A stretch of DNA of 53,606 nucleotides, the filler included, from Streblomastix strix (taxonomy: Eukaryota): the NCBI GenBank assembly GCA_008636045.1. It is 2 parts of 2 records of this genome, joined end to end, with 100 filler letters (N's around TTAATTAATTAA, not from the genome) between each part and the next. Parts side by side here need not be neighbours in the genome. Positions count along the whole stretch, not along the records: positions 1 to 26,770 come from SNRW01000155.1; 1 more part is not named here. The stretch is one strand, 5' to 3'. Position numbers and translations under genes: made by a program. Below the pieces are notes generated by a model that saw nothing but the letters and a program-made list of their open reading frames with translations, searched no databases and had not been told where the DNA came from. The number at the start of each line of letters is the position of its first letter. The first letter of the stretch is position 1. This document shows, piece after piece, positions 1 to 12,972 of this stretch.

Positions 1-2549
1 TCCTTAACAAATCTAAATTTATAGTTTTATTAAAATATGTTTTTCTTATTATCTACTCTTTAAATTTAATTTAATTTTATTTATTTATATTTAAAACATA
101 TATTCACAAATAAATTATTAAATGAAACTAGAGATGTCGTGCATGACAGGGCGTGACTGTCAAAGCACCCCTTACCAATGACATCGGGGGCACTATACAA
201 TTTTTGTATGTTCATATTATACGAAACAACTTTATTTACGGCATACCTAAGGGGCACGCCCTCCTCGACGAGATATGAGAAAAAAATTTCTTGCTACCCA
301 ATCAATTCATTTGTTAATTATATATATTTGATACTTTGTCTTTCCTATGGCATAAAAATTTCTTCAAAATTAACAAATATACAAATGTAGGTAATGTAAT
401 ACACTTAGTGTTTATAAAAACGAGGGGAGTGCGTTTATCTCTATATTTACATTTTGTTATAATACCTAACAGAAAATTTATGCAAAACGTGTCTATTATG
501 GATTTTTTACATTTATTGATATATCTAAAAATAATATATTCGCAAAAAATTTAAACACTAATTATCTAATCAATTATACATGATATTTTATTTATTTTAT
601 TTTATATGTGGTTTACCTCAGTCCTTAATTTTAGAATCACCAATAAAATTACTGTTTCATAATGTAGAGTTTTCAGAAATATTGCATTAAACGAAAATTG
701 TTGCAAACTAGATATTATTATAATTAACAGTCATTATGCAATACTAATAACAAGTAGTGAAATCTGAGATAAAATAGAATTCGATACTTGAGTAATCACA
801 ACTGAATACATAATTGCCGACTTTTACAAGAAAGAGTAAGAGTAAAATCAGATGAATAAATGAAAAAATTGTAAAATTTTAGAAAGATAATTGCAATGAT
901 TGCTATATTTAACTATAGTTTTTGAGAAAACTGTCAGAATCATATAAATATATATAACTGGTGATTTCATTTTGTATAATGTACAAGATTTCAATCACAG
1001 TTTCAGACTTTCTCTTCAACTCTGCAATTATCTGCATTTTTTGTTTCAAATTTCAGGTAACTCTTTAAATAAAAAAAATAAATAAAATAATAAAAAATAT
1101 GTCAATATTATTACAATGTTGTATATAATAGAAGAGGTGGAGAAAAATGAAAATTAATTTTTTTTCAAAAATTATATTCATCTTTTTAAATAGAAAATAT
1201 TTATAAAATATTGAATTGTGGATCATTTCTATTTAAAATAAAATAGAAAATATGCAATTAAATAATTAATAAACGTTCTACGAAAGAATTTCTTTTTGGA
1301 AAAAATAAAATGTGTTTTCTTGGACTAGTTTCATGTATCAAAGTGCAAATTTCAATTAAATGTATATTTATCAATAATAACGTAATTATATTATTAAATA
1401 GACAATTACTGATTAATGATTGTTTAAATCGCTTTTTATATTATTATAGCATTTAGGCAATATTTCATATTATGATCAATTCAATTTGATAGAAAATAAC
1501 CATATATATTTCAAAAATAACTAAAAATTGAGAGGAAAAAATTGCGTCTATATATAATTACTTTTAATGTGTTTTCATTGCTGTTGCCGCGACCATTAAG
1601 AGGAGGTCGTGCCCCGCATATTGTGGAGCATAGAATAGTTTATTTCGGTGTCTAACATCGATTCATCATCGATGTCAGATACGTCACAGATTTTTGTTAA
1701 AAATGTCATTTCGGCTTGTCAAAATGTCAACTCTTAAACAGTACACATCGTCTATTTTTTCTGCTAGATCTCCTGTTGTGAGTCCAGATTTATCCATTTT
1801 TTCTAACTTTTTTGTCTTTCATTAGTGGTCATCCCATTGTTAATATTGTTTGGGGATTGAGTTGATGAAATACTTCAAATAATCGAAGGCGATCACTTAA
1901 TAAAGGAGATATTGTTGCATATTATTATAAATCCTCTAATTTAATTTTAAATAAAAATATAAAAATGTAATTAAAAAGTTTAAAATTATATTGTCCAGTA
2001 AAATTAAAGATTACATTGTAATAATTTAGTCAGAATTATATGAAATAGTGCTGTTAAGGTACAATATTTTTGTTCATAGACACCACTTCTGGCTTTGTCG
2101 AATTCGATCAAAAAAAATTTTAAAAAAAAATTTGAAATTTTAATCATTAGAGCAAATTTCTTTACAATTCTATAAATGCAGCACTATTTAACCGAATGAA
2201 ATAAATTTTACGCAATTTTTGATTAAAAATATTTCGATTTGCGTATATTATTCACAATAAATTTTCTGCATAATATATGATGCGCTGCTGCATAAATTTT
2301 TTTAAAAAAATTCAAAATATTACATTAATTTGCACATTCCATATTATTTCAGATTATTAAATTTAGTCTTAAAATATGTAATGTTTCGGAACTAAAAGTC
2401 CCATATTAGCAATAGAGGATGTATATATTAAATCCAACAATTTCATCTTTATTAAATGATTGCTATCAACTATTTGAAGTGATTCTTTTGGCTATTCCTC
2501 AAACAATATTTACAATGCGGTGGCCATTTTAAAACTTACAAAAGAAAGG

Positions 2550-3960
2550 ATGGCGCGAAGGATTAATTATGCCAACAAACATCCGCTGAACGGAGACTCA
2601 TACAAGATGCCGAATTACGCAAACTTAGTACCACAAAACCTGCTGCAAGTCGCCATGCAGCCGCAACAGACGTTTGTGAACGCATTCCGCCAGAACTTGG
2701 AGATAGATCCACTGGACCCTGACCAAACAATAGCGACACCAGAAGAGGTACCGCCGAACGCGACAACAGCAGCACGGGTGCTCTTGGCTGGACTATCAGG
2801 ACAAGAAACGTCATAAATCGATTTTTACGCGGTAGAACCGTCAGAAGAGCAAGTCATAGAAACTATACAACGCGTAAGAGCAGCCATAGAATAGGTGACG
2901 CGCAGAAAGCCACTGAAACATAATAATCCACCAGCGCAACTGATGCTCGCTTTTGACCAATTTCTAACAGACCTGGAAACGAAATTACTGCAACAGTACA
3001 GACTACTACAGGGAACACTAACATAGATCATGAAACGAGACAGGATTGCAACTCTGAAATTCAACATGTGCACTTTCATAAGCATATACGACACGATTTA
3101 CAAGGTAAACATGTCGTGAGAGCTGATGGATACAACGGAGCAAGGGAACTTATTGAAGACACAACCATCACCAATAATACGTCCAAGATACAATAATTAA
3201 ATGCTGAGGTCGTTGCGAGCATTATCTCAGACTGAGGGAGCACATCTGGCGTCTGTAGACACACTATTGAAAAGAATTGTAAGCTTCAGAGGAGACATGG
3301 ACCAAGAACTGAAGAAGCTAACTGCGCAACAAGTTATAAACATGATTAGGAGCAAGCCAGAGATAATGCTACCAGAATAGGCTCAAGATCTTGCTAGAAA
3401 ACCGACATCAGAAACCCATCTGACTGCTTTTTTTACCTCTGCTATGCTAACTACAAAAGTAGAAACTGAATCCTATCGCACCGCTCAATCCTTTTTACAA
3501 CTAATTCCCATAACAATAGATGTAAGCATATTAGTCTCTACAATACCCCTTCCAATACACGGAATAATTAATGTAATACCCAATTTAACAAACTTAGTTC
3601 CCTGTTATTTCATCATTGAACCCATTTTTACCAACGATGAACCTACCCTAAACGCAAATAAAAGAACTTCGATAACTAAGTAACGAGAATGTATGAGACA
3701 AACAAAACCTGATTCAACCCGTTCAACAAGTGGACTAAGCTGCAATACAAACAGTTGAAAGATGGAGATAAAATGGAGTAACAACCAGAAACATAAACAA
3801 TCTGTTAATTCCACCAATATCGGCATATCCAAAACAACAAACCACGCTAATACAACTGCCACTCTACATAACAAAGAGAAATTAATAAAAGAGACAAAGT
3901 TAAAGATCAATATCTCCTACACACCAGAGAGATGAATCTGAAGATGATTTCTTTTTGGAT
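2550..3960 (+). pseudogene. Degenerate GC-richer ORF, possibly a retroelement ORF1/gag-like remnant
   Basis: With TAR=Gln the frame from ATG 2550 (MARRINYANKHPLNG...) runs to TGA 3117-3119 and continues in frame after it (ELMDTTEQGNLLKTQPSP...). It then shifts to a Gln/Pro-rich frame (NPFYNQFPQQQMQAYQ...) with another TGA. Visibly more GC-rich than the flanks. No diagnostic motif, so the retroelement origin is a guess. Confidence 0.35.
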
Positions 3961-4891
3961 AAAATAATAACTGCAAATATATACACAATTGCTACTTTTT
4001 TTTACAAATATATTATCTTTAATATAGTATTATTATCAGTTGCACCGTTATATATGAAAAATATCTTTAAATGCATGTTTTCCTGCTATAAACAATGAAT
4101 TATTAATAGTTTAGCACAATATCTAATTAATTGTTCGATGGATAATGATTAAAATTATTAGTCACAAAATTAATTTTAATATTGATCAGTCATTGTTTTA
4201 TACATTTTTATTTAATTTAAAAATTTCAGATTTGTGATAAAACTGCGAACTTTCGAAGCGTTATAATGAAGATATAATTTGGTTTTCGGATCAATTCGCA
4301 AGTATACAAGATTCCAAGTTAAAAAGTATGAATATTATATTTATATTTAATCATGATTAGTAATAACAAGGTACTTATTCAAATAGAGTATAAGAACTCA
4401 TTCGATGACAATTATCGGTTGATAGATAGATACAACAAATATGGTATGCTTATGTATTATATTTATATAACATATATAAACATAAATTTATTCAACAAAA
4501 CTTAAATATATGTTAATTTTAATAGATGAAATTAATTTTTTTTAAAAAAAATTTATTAAAAAAAATTAAAGTATAATATTTTGAAAATAGAAATTTATCA
4601 TTAATTATAATACTATATTTTATTTTATTGATATTGTTTTGTATAAATGTATCACATATATATAATTATGTATTAGACACCATCTAAATAAGTTCAATGA
4701 ATGATAAAGATTATTTGCAAAAACGATATTTTTTTTTATTTTTTCCGTTTTTCTTCATAACCCTTTCAATATTTATTAAATTATAATGTAATAGTTTTTA
4801 TAATTATTTATATTTATATATTATATATAAAATAAAATATAATTGATATTTAAATAGTAATTAAATGTATTTTTTTATTTTTTAACTCGAA

Positions 4892-7800
4892 ATGATTTTA
4901 TTAGTAATTATCGACATATAAACCTAACTGTATCATAAATTGCATTACAATTATGTGATGTTGAAAGTGAAGATGAGGCAATTAAAGCAATAAAGAGAGT
5001 AAATAAATTCAAAAATAGTGAAGAAACTGCTGAAGTTGTTTATGATGAAATTAATTATAAACTTCATTACTTTAATAAACTAACTCAGTAAGAGCAACTG
5101 TCTTAATATGTAGTTAAAGTATATGATTCGTACAAAGGACTTCCGTTTAAAGTTCAAATTGATTTTGGAGTTCTGTTATAAGAAAAACTTGATGGAAATA
5201 ACTATAAATATTCAGCAAGAATTCCTTCATTAGATAATGCTTTCAAACATTAATTATAAACAATAACTGATAAGAAATCATTGGAATAGTTCAAAGTAGA
5301 TACATTCAAATATTTAGGAGAAGTAATGGAACGTACATATGATGACACTAAAAATTTGATAGTTGGAATATTTAATGTAATGTTCGCTACTTATAAGTTG
5401 ATAGATACTGGAGCAAGAATGTCATATCTTGATAAGCATGTTAAATAACACTCAGTTCATTATATAGATTCAGATTAGAAAATATGTTTCTTTATAGCAG
5501 TGGCATATAAAATAAGAAGTGAAATTGATACTAAAGTTAATAACAATTCAGTAATAACTTTTGCTTAACAATAATTCGCTTGTTACTATAGAATTAAAGG
5601 TAAATATTAGCTGTTTGAGTACTTATATAATAATGCAGCTGAGAAAAACTAATCATTTAATAAATATCTATAGGATTACTAAGGTTTCAATATCTCAACT
5701 GAAATGACTAAATTCAATGATACATTCAATCTTGTTGTAAACATATACACATATCATGAAGAATTAGAAGGAAAAACAGGTTTATATAGGCTATTTAATT
5801 CATATGGTTAAATTAATAATGAATCAATGACATTAGACTTGTTACTCATTAGTGATGGGATTGAGCAGCACGTAATGTATGTATCTAATGTTGAAAAGCT
5901 AACAGGTGTTCTTATATGCCCTTACTGCCATGATTAGGTTACAATATTATCAGATACTAACAAAAGAGCTAATGAATATTTCAATACTCATGTGGAAAAA
6001 TGTAAATCATCAACTCATGAACCATCAATTTTATTACATGACGTTCCGATGCCTATATGTTCTGCTATATTAAATCACACTACTATAGAGTACTTAATGG
6101 CTTACGGACTAATGGATTAATTTAAAGCATAACGAGGTTTTATAACATATGACTTTGAAACAGTAAGTGATTAAGTTATGAAAGAGATAACTGATTAAAC
6201 AACATTACTTTCATAACTATATAAATTATCAATTGCATCAACGGAAGTATATCCAAATAGAGACAAATCATATGAATTAGTTAAGAGATACTATACATTA
6301 TTCGATGAATTATCCAATAATTATTAAGAGTAATTAGACAGATATGAATTACCACCAAATTCATCATTTGTTCATTAATGGCTCGTATAAACATTTGAAT
6401 CGGCAGAATAGATATATTAGTGTATGAAGTATGAAGATGAAAATATTCCATTTGACAAATGCATCAAAGTACTAGGATGGAATAGTTCAAGATTTGATAT
6501 TGCTCTGTTATGGGTTGCATTAGATTGTGAACTTTTGACAATGGGATTACCAATTGGAAGTCTCAATAATACTAAATCTATTACAGTAACACATAAGAAG
6601 TCACACATGAAATTACAATTTATTGACGCAGACAACTTATTCGGTCCAATGACATTAAAAGCATGTGTCAAAGATTATGGAGATAAATCTGAACATAAAG
6701 ATGTATTTCCTTATGAAATTATTAACTCGAAGAATTGGAATGAAGTATTAATGAAAACAGAGCCATTTGAATATGAAGATTTCAAATCATAACTCAAAGG
6801 AGGTTATTCTATCACTAAAGATGAGTATGATTAATATTTGATAGATATTAAGAGGTTCACCAACAGATTAGACTATCTCAAATGCTATAACATTAATGAT
6901 ACTGAGATTATGGTTAAACAATTAATGAACTTAATTAATACATTTGAATAATTCAATATTGATGTTTTACACTACATTTCAATAGCTTCATGTGCGTATG
7001 CAACGAAACGCTATTCAACATACTTTCCCTCTAAATTCAATCTTGAAAGTGACAAATAGACTTATTATGAAGATTTTGATATCAATACTGACTACTCCAA
7101 TCCAAATCATAATGCTAAGACTTTTGAACTAACTGCGGGATATTGGAAAAATAAGTGTTATCACTATAAATAACAAGATTATAAAGCAGGTAGAGAGACA
7201 AAAAAAACGTAACAGCTGATGAGTATGATTATTATTAGAGGTTATTTGAAACATCAGTGTGTTCAATTTGTAATGCAAAATTCACTTATGAAAATCCTCC
7301 AAGTTTAGATAGATAAGACAATGAACTTCCTCATACTAAAGATAACTGTTTGCCTGCATGTGTTTCATGTAATATTGCTCATGCAAATAAAGACCCAAAG
7401 ATAACATCATTACATATCAAGATGAGATAATATGCAATTAAACACAACTTACCTATGACAATTAGTGATGAAAGAATATATAAATTACTTCGAGAATGTA
7501 TTACAGGTGGACTCGCAGCGCTATTTCATAGAGAGAATATTGCAGGTAAAAACTCACATAAATGAACTAACTTATGATGAGTAATCAAACAAAGTGATCT
7601 CTGAAGATAATGAAAACGTAGCTACTCACGTATTTGCTCTTGACGGTAATAGTCTTTATCCCAGTTCATATTCATCAGTCAAGAATGAAAATATCCCATA
7701 AACTGATCATAGAATGTATATGGCAGGCAGATCGAAATTTTACTCAGAAAAACCAAATATATTCAAAAACTGTATAGATTAAAGAAAAGAGATAGTTGTA

Positions 7801-8997
7801 GCAAAAATCAAAGGCTATTTTCCTAAATCAGAGTACAATAACTTACTTGTACTTCCATCAATCTTTAGAAATATCGAGATATAAAACAAAGAAGAGGTGA
7901 TAGGTGAATATATGTATTCATAGGCATAAAAGCATTCACTTCCAATGACAAAGAAAGATAGAAAACTAACAATATTACTCAACACTAACGGTCAGTTTAT
8001 GATATTCAATAACTATTATCTTTGGTTACTTATTGTTCTTGGCTTCGTGATTACTGACTATAAGGCTATTGCAGTCTTTGAGAAAAATGCGGCATATGAA
8101 CCGTTTCTTAGGACAATGATGAATTTGAGAATATAAGCTATATTAGCAGGGTCAACTAAAGAGAAATTCTATAAACTTATAATTAATTCATCGTATGGCT
8201 ATGATACATTAAATACAGAGAAATTCGGTAAGATAAAGATGTTAGATAAAGCTGGTACTTTCATTGCATAACATCACCCTAATCACATGGGTACCAAACG
8301 TATTAGTGCTAATAGATTTGCAGTATAAATTAAGCCTAAGACAGCTACTTGCTTCACATCAATTCAATCAGGAGTCTTTAAACTAGATAATGCAAAATAT
8401 TGGTATCTCAATTATATATATAACTTCATATACAAATGTCTAAACCGTAAACGATTTCATTTTGTTCTTGCAGATACTGATTCAATTTATATAGCAATAG
8501 CAGGCGATCCCAATAAAGACCGTCATTAATAATTTGAATCAATAGTCACAGATAAACAGTTCTATGACTAACATGTATATAACTACTTACCTGATCCTAA
8601 TATAGACATCTATGATTACAAAAAGATACTTGGATTTGGTATTGAAAATGAAGGATATGAACTTACATCATTAGGACCTTAATGCTATTCAATGATTGTA
8701 AATAAATGGAATTAAGAAAAATAACAATATGAATTTAAACCAAAAATAACTTCAAAAGGGATAAATAAGTCATAAGATATATCTCATATTGATTACGTTA
8801 ATGTAATTAATAAGGATATAGTGAAGAAAGGTATTAATGGAACATTAAAAATATACGATAATATTATGAGTAGCATTCAAGTTGAAAAGTATGCGCTAAC
8901 TGGGTTCAATAATAAGTCAATAGTGCTTAGGAATTAATGTTGTTGTCCTTATATTAAAGGATTGACAGCAAAGGATTATATTATCAAAGATTAATGA
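4892..8997 (+). pseudogene. Protein-primed family B DNA polymerase (pPolB), ~1365 aa, frameshifted
   Basis: TAR=Gln translation gives a Zn-finger CPYC...HVEKC (~5917-6003), ExoI FITYDFET (~6139-6162), ExoII GWNSSRFD, KDVFPYEII, ExoIII YNINDTEIM, RECITGG, motif A LDGNSLYPS (~7639), motif B KLIINSSYG (~8173), motif C ADTDS (~8470), and stop TGA 8995-8997. Two compensating frameshifts lie in A-runs at 7201-7207 and 7548-7552. ATG 4892 is out of frame with the body by one base. Confidence 0.95.
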
Positions 8998-9023
8998 ATT
9001 TATTTTTTTTATTTTAATCTAAA

Positions 9024-9389
9024 ATGGAGTCAATATAACAATATCGAACTCAAATTGATGCCAACAATAAGAGAATAGAGGAATTAATGAAAAAGAAATA
9101 GCAACAGTAAGAAATTATTAATTAAGTGAAATAATCAAAATAGAAGCCAATTCATATTAGTGGTGAAATAAATAATCCATTCGGTGACATTAAAGTTATT
9201 AACAACAGTGTTAATCCCTTCACTGACATGAGAATAATACTTAAAAATAGTATTTAAAATGAATTGTATTGTATTAATTGTAATAACACTAGTTATAACA
9301 GATTATATAACGCATTAATGGAATATGATGAAATTAGATATAATTATTAGTAATAATTAGAAGATCTGCTTGACAATAAAGATGATTGA
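9024..9389 (+). CDS. Viral hypothetical protein (121 aa, N-terminal coiled-coil-like)
   Basis: ATG after the TTATTTT...AAAATG motif; open to TGA with TAR=Gln (MESIQQYRTQIDANNKRIEELMKK...). Confidence 0.7.
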
Positions 9390-9413
9390 TTGTTTATTTT
9401 TTGCATTAATGAA

Positions 9414-9557
9414 ATGACTCTCTTTGAACCAATTACTGCAAATATAACAATTGCAATTGAAGCACTTGAATAGCTCCATATTGATTGGCATGCTATTTGG
9501 AAAGCAATCTATGAGGCAGGAATCAAATTCGCTTGTGAATCAAAGTTATGCAAATGA
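9414..9557 (+). CDS. Small viral hypothetical protein (47 aa)
   Basis: Preceded by TTATTTTTTG...GAAATG; reads MTLFEPITANITIAIEALEQLHIDWHAIWKAIYEAGIKFACESKLCK*. Confidence 0.5.
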
Positions 9558-9612
9558 ATTAAAAAGTAGTTAGATATTATTTTTTTCATTTTTTTTATTT
9601 TTGATGAAAAAA

Positions 9613-10206
9613 ATGATACAAACTGAAATTGAAACACAATTCGTTACACTTAAAGCTAATAGAGAATTTGAAATTTCAACATAAGAGCCATGGGTAATTC
9701 GATGAAAAGTAGATGGATTTATTCCTAAATTCAGTAAGAATAATCGTGGGTATTTGCGTGGTAATGTTGATGGATAAATGTGTGATCATCATAAAATTAT
9801 TGCAGAACAATTTGTTGTAAATGATGATCCGATTAATAAGACATAAATTGATCATAAACATTAAAATAAGCTAAATAATAGTTTAAGTAATTTAAGGTAT
9901 GTATCAGCAAGTGACAATTAGAAAAATTAATCGAAACATAATGCTGATGTTATATATGAATATGTTGATGAAGTTCCTGATGATGCTATTACGATTAGTG
10001 ATTATGGAACAAATAGATTTGAATTCTATTACTATAGTGAGGAAACAGATAAATTTTATTACTATAATGGTTTAAAATACAGAGTATTACATATAAATGA
10101 TGCAAAACGAAATGGATCATTATATGTATGTGCTTGTGATTCAAATAATGATAAAATAAATATCTACATTAATAAATTCAAAAGACTGTATAACATAATA
10201 AATTGA
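9613..10206 (+). pseudogene. HNH (HNH_3-type) homing-endonuclease-like protein with an in-frame TGA
   Basis: HKIIAEQFVVNDDPINKTQIDHKHQNKLNNSLSNLRYVSASDNQKN matches the H..IA..F...DH..NK.NN...NLR..S...N..N pattern. Premature TGA at 9703-9705; terminal TGA at 10204-10206. Confidence 0.85.
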
Positions 10207-10265
10207 AAATAATAAATGTGGAAACTAGATATTATTATTTTTTCTACTTTTTTATCCATTTATAA

Positions 10266-10604
10266 ATGGCATAGACAGAGACTGAGACTTACCCCATTAC
10301 ACTAAAATCACGTGCTGAATCTCATTTTATTAATCAACAGCTTAAGTATGATTTTGTCAATTATCTCCCTTCTGACGCTTTTTGTATTGAAACTTATGAT
10401 AGTGGTCATCGATATTATGAGTTTTAAAATTACTATTACTATAGTTAGATAACGAATAAATTCTACTCACGTAATTTATTGGTATTACCTATTAGTGTGT
10501 AAAAGAAAACTGGAGCTTAAATTGTTTATTTGACTGATTCAAATGATTGTAGAGTAGATATAAATATCAATAGATTCAAAAGATAACACAATTTGATGAA
10601 TTGA
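10266..10604 (+). CDS. Stand-alone paralog of the HNH protein's C-terminal domain (112 aa)
   Basis: YDFVNYLPSDAFCIETY...YYYSQITNKFY...DSNDCRVDININRFKRQHNLMN aligns by eye with YEYVDEVPDDAITISDY...YYYSEETDKFY...DSNNDKINIYINKFKRLYNIIN of the upstream gene. Confidence 0.75.
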
Positions 10605-10637
10605 ACTGATTATTTTTGCTTACTTACTATAAATTAA

Positions 10638-12497
10638 ATGGCATTAAGACAGTAACAGTAACTTGATCAATAGAAAAATATAGATTCTTATTTACAAGCT
10701 TATAATTATTTATATAATTTTGATAACACGAATAATGATATTCTAACAAAGGTGGATATGAAAAAATTACTAAATAAAGATTCAAATAACAGACTAATTG
10801 AAAATGGATATTATTATACTTCTCACCTAACAACTGATGATTATACTAAATTATGGGACAGATATAAGAGTTGGGCTGAGGACGAAAATCCGAATTTGTA
10901 TAAATTTATTATTGGATAGGAGTAAAATGATTAATTAATCGCCTAAGCAAGATATGGAACAATTAAAGAAAAGCCTTAGTTAAAAGAAACACCCTAATCA
11001 ATTTTTCAATAAATTTAAGTCTATTAGCCCATAAGAATTAATTAACCATTATTGAACACTATCATCTAACCTAAACCGAAAGCTAAAAAACAAAGCTATT
11101 CAATCAACTCTGTTAATGAACTTAATGAATTATTGTAGTAGGTAATGAATATAGTTACTAAATAGGAGTAATTCAATTTAGATAATGATATCGATCCAAA
11201 CACAAAAATAAACACAATGCTCTAATTACAAAATGTTAATTCAAAACAATCATTTTATACCAGTTTTCTGAATCATAAGTTCAATTAAAAGCAGTTCAAA
11301 GTGTTGGATTAAATAGCATAAACTGTTAATTTTGTGGACTAATCTCTTACTTAATGGTATGACTAATATATCTTGTAGTATTCTGAAAAATATCCATAAA
11401 AAATTTATACTTCACATAAGCCAAATAAATCAAAAAAGTTAGCAAAAGATGATTTATACTAAACAATAGCATAAAAGCAATTCCCTTTCAAATCAAAGTA
11501 TGATGTTATCCGTAAAGATAATTACTATGATATTCCAACACATTAAACTAAGAACAAATTTGATATTTATTCTTAGACTAATACCCTAGAACCACATGAT
11601 TATTAACTCAAACGACTAACGAAATTTGAAAGACCATACTCCTCACCCAACTACAATTCTTGAGAAATTGATTAAGTGTTCATAATGAAAAAGAATGTTG
11701 AAATTAAACAATATCTATTCGCTATTAATGTAAACACTAAGTATTTAGTAGTAATTCCAGTGAAATCGAAATCATAAATCCCAATCCTTGATGCTCTCAA
11801 ATAACTCATATCACTTGTTTAGATTGATGATATCAGAGGAGATGGTGAGAAAGCTTATGCTTCAAAATTACTAAATAATTTCTATAAAGAAAACAACATA
11901 AATACATACTTCACAGGCAACAAATTCACTAATCATAATAGAGTTATTGATAGGGTTATTCGAACAATAAGAAACGCATTCGGTAATAACATTTATGAAC
12001 TTGCTAATGAATAATTGATGTAATAAACTGTAAATTTATATAATCATACACCGCACATTGCTTACTAAAATAAGTATAGTCCAATATAAGTTTAAAATGA
12101 TAAGCGGATTGAAGGATAATACATCTATCACTAATAATAATAATTAATTGATATATTAAGATTATAAAAATAATATGGTCTAAAACAATATCAAAAGGGT
12201 AACATTTTACTATTTCACATTGATACCGCAAAGATAAAACACTAATTTGATAAAATTAGACGCAATTTCAATAATATTAGTATATTTATGGAATATGTTA
12301 ATGGAAATATTAAAGTTGAATTATTGAATCCATATAGTGATTTATAAACAGTAGTATTGCCAATATACTTCACAAAATTAGTAGCAAAAAATATAAATGA
12401 ATTAGATAACGAATATAAATAATACTTTAGATTAAAATTGAGAATTTTATTTTTTTACTTAAACAAAAATGGAGAGAACAATCGAGATTAACAATGA
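10638..12497 (+). pseudogene. Retroviral-type (rve) integrase with a ~340-aa N-terminal extension
   Basis: RPYSSPNYNS*EID (TGA 11661-11663 at the conserved Trp), YLFAINVNTKYLVV, IRGDGEKAY, NHNRVIDRVIRTIR, YNHTPH. The frame reads to TGA 12495-12497; the original stop was probably TGA 12439-12441 in another frame, just before the next gene's leader motif. Confidence 0.88.
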
Positions 12498-12783
12498 AAA
12501 TTAAAGTGAATAAGTTGTGTAATAAATTGAAAAGAGATCAGTTTGGAGACCAAAGAAATACTTCAATGATGAAGATAGAAAGAAAGCGATACGAAAGCAA
12601 TAGTTAGCAACAAAGAGAAGGTATGCACAAAAGAAAGCGTAAATTTATAGTAGAAATAACACTATTCAAAAATAGTTAATGAAATTATCATCTGATCATA
12701 ATTTTAATGAAGATGATATGGGTTTTATGTTAGAATACTTATAAACTGACATAGAATAAAAGATCAAACCGAAGGTTAATTGA
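12469..12783 (+). CDS. Small basic putative DNA-binding protein (104 aa)
   Basis: ATG after the leader motif. RSVWRPKKYFNDEDRKKAIRKQQLATKRRY resembles the GRPKKY...EERK basic motif (AT-hook-like) of small viral DNA-binding proteins. Confidence 0.65.
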
Positions 12784-12972
12784 TATATATTTATTTTTTA
12801 TTTATTTGAAAAAGATATTTGAAATTATAGTTAGTACTTCATTAATAACCTTAACATTAGTTGAGACAGCTAATCTGTTTTTGATAGCCAGTGCATTCGA
12901 TGTAATAAACGGATTTGTAAAACGGTGATGAAAAAGATATTCATAAAAAAGATCACTCTGAAGAGTATTTAA

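Noticed and set aside
130..2500. GC-richer patches (130-300, 1580-1930) as left TIR of the virus or as genes
   Set aside because: No inverted match to the right-end repeats was found, and candidate frames are short or broken by TGA. Possibly old TE debris, but unsupported.
9703..11663. TGA reassigned to Trp (all three stops recoded)
   Set aside because: The integrase TGA sits at a Trp site, but the HNH one more likely replaces Arg. TGG is used throughout, all intact genes end in TGA, and the element has many other lesions, so decay explains it.
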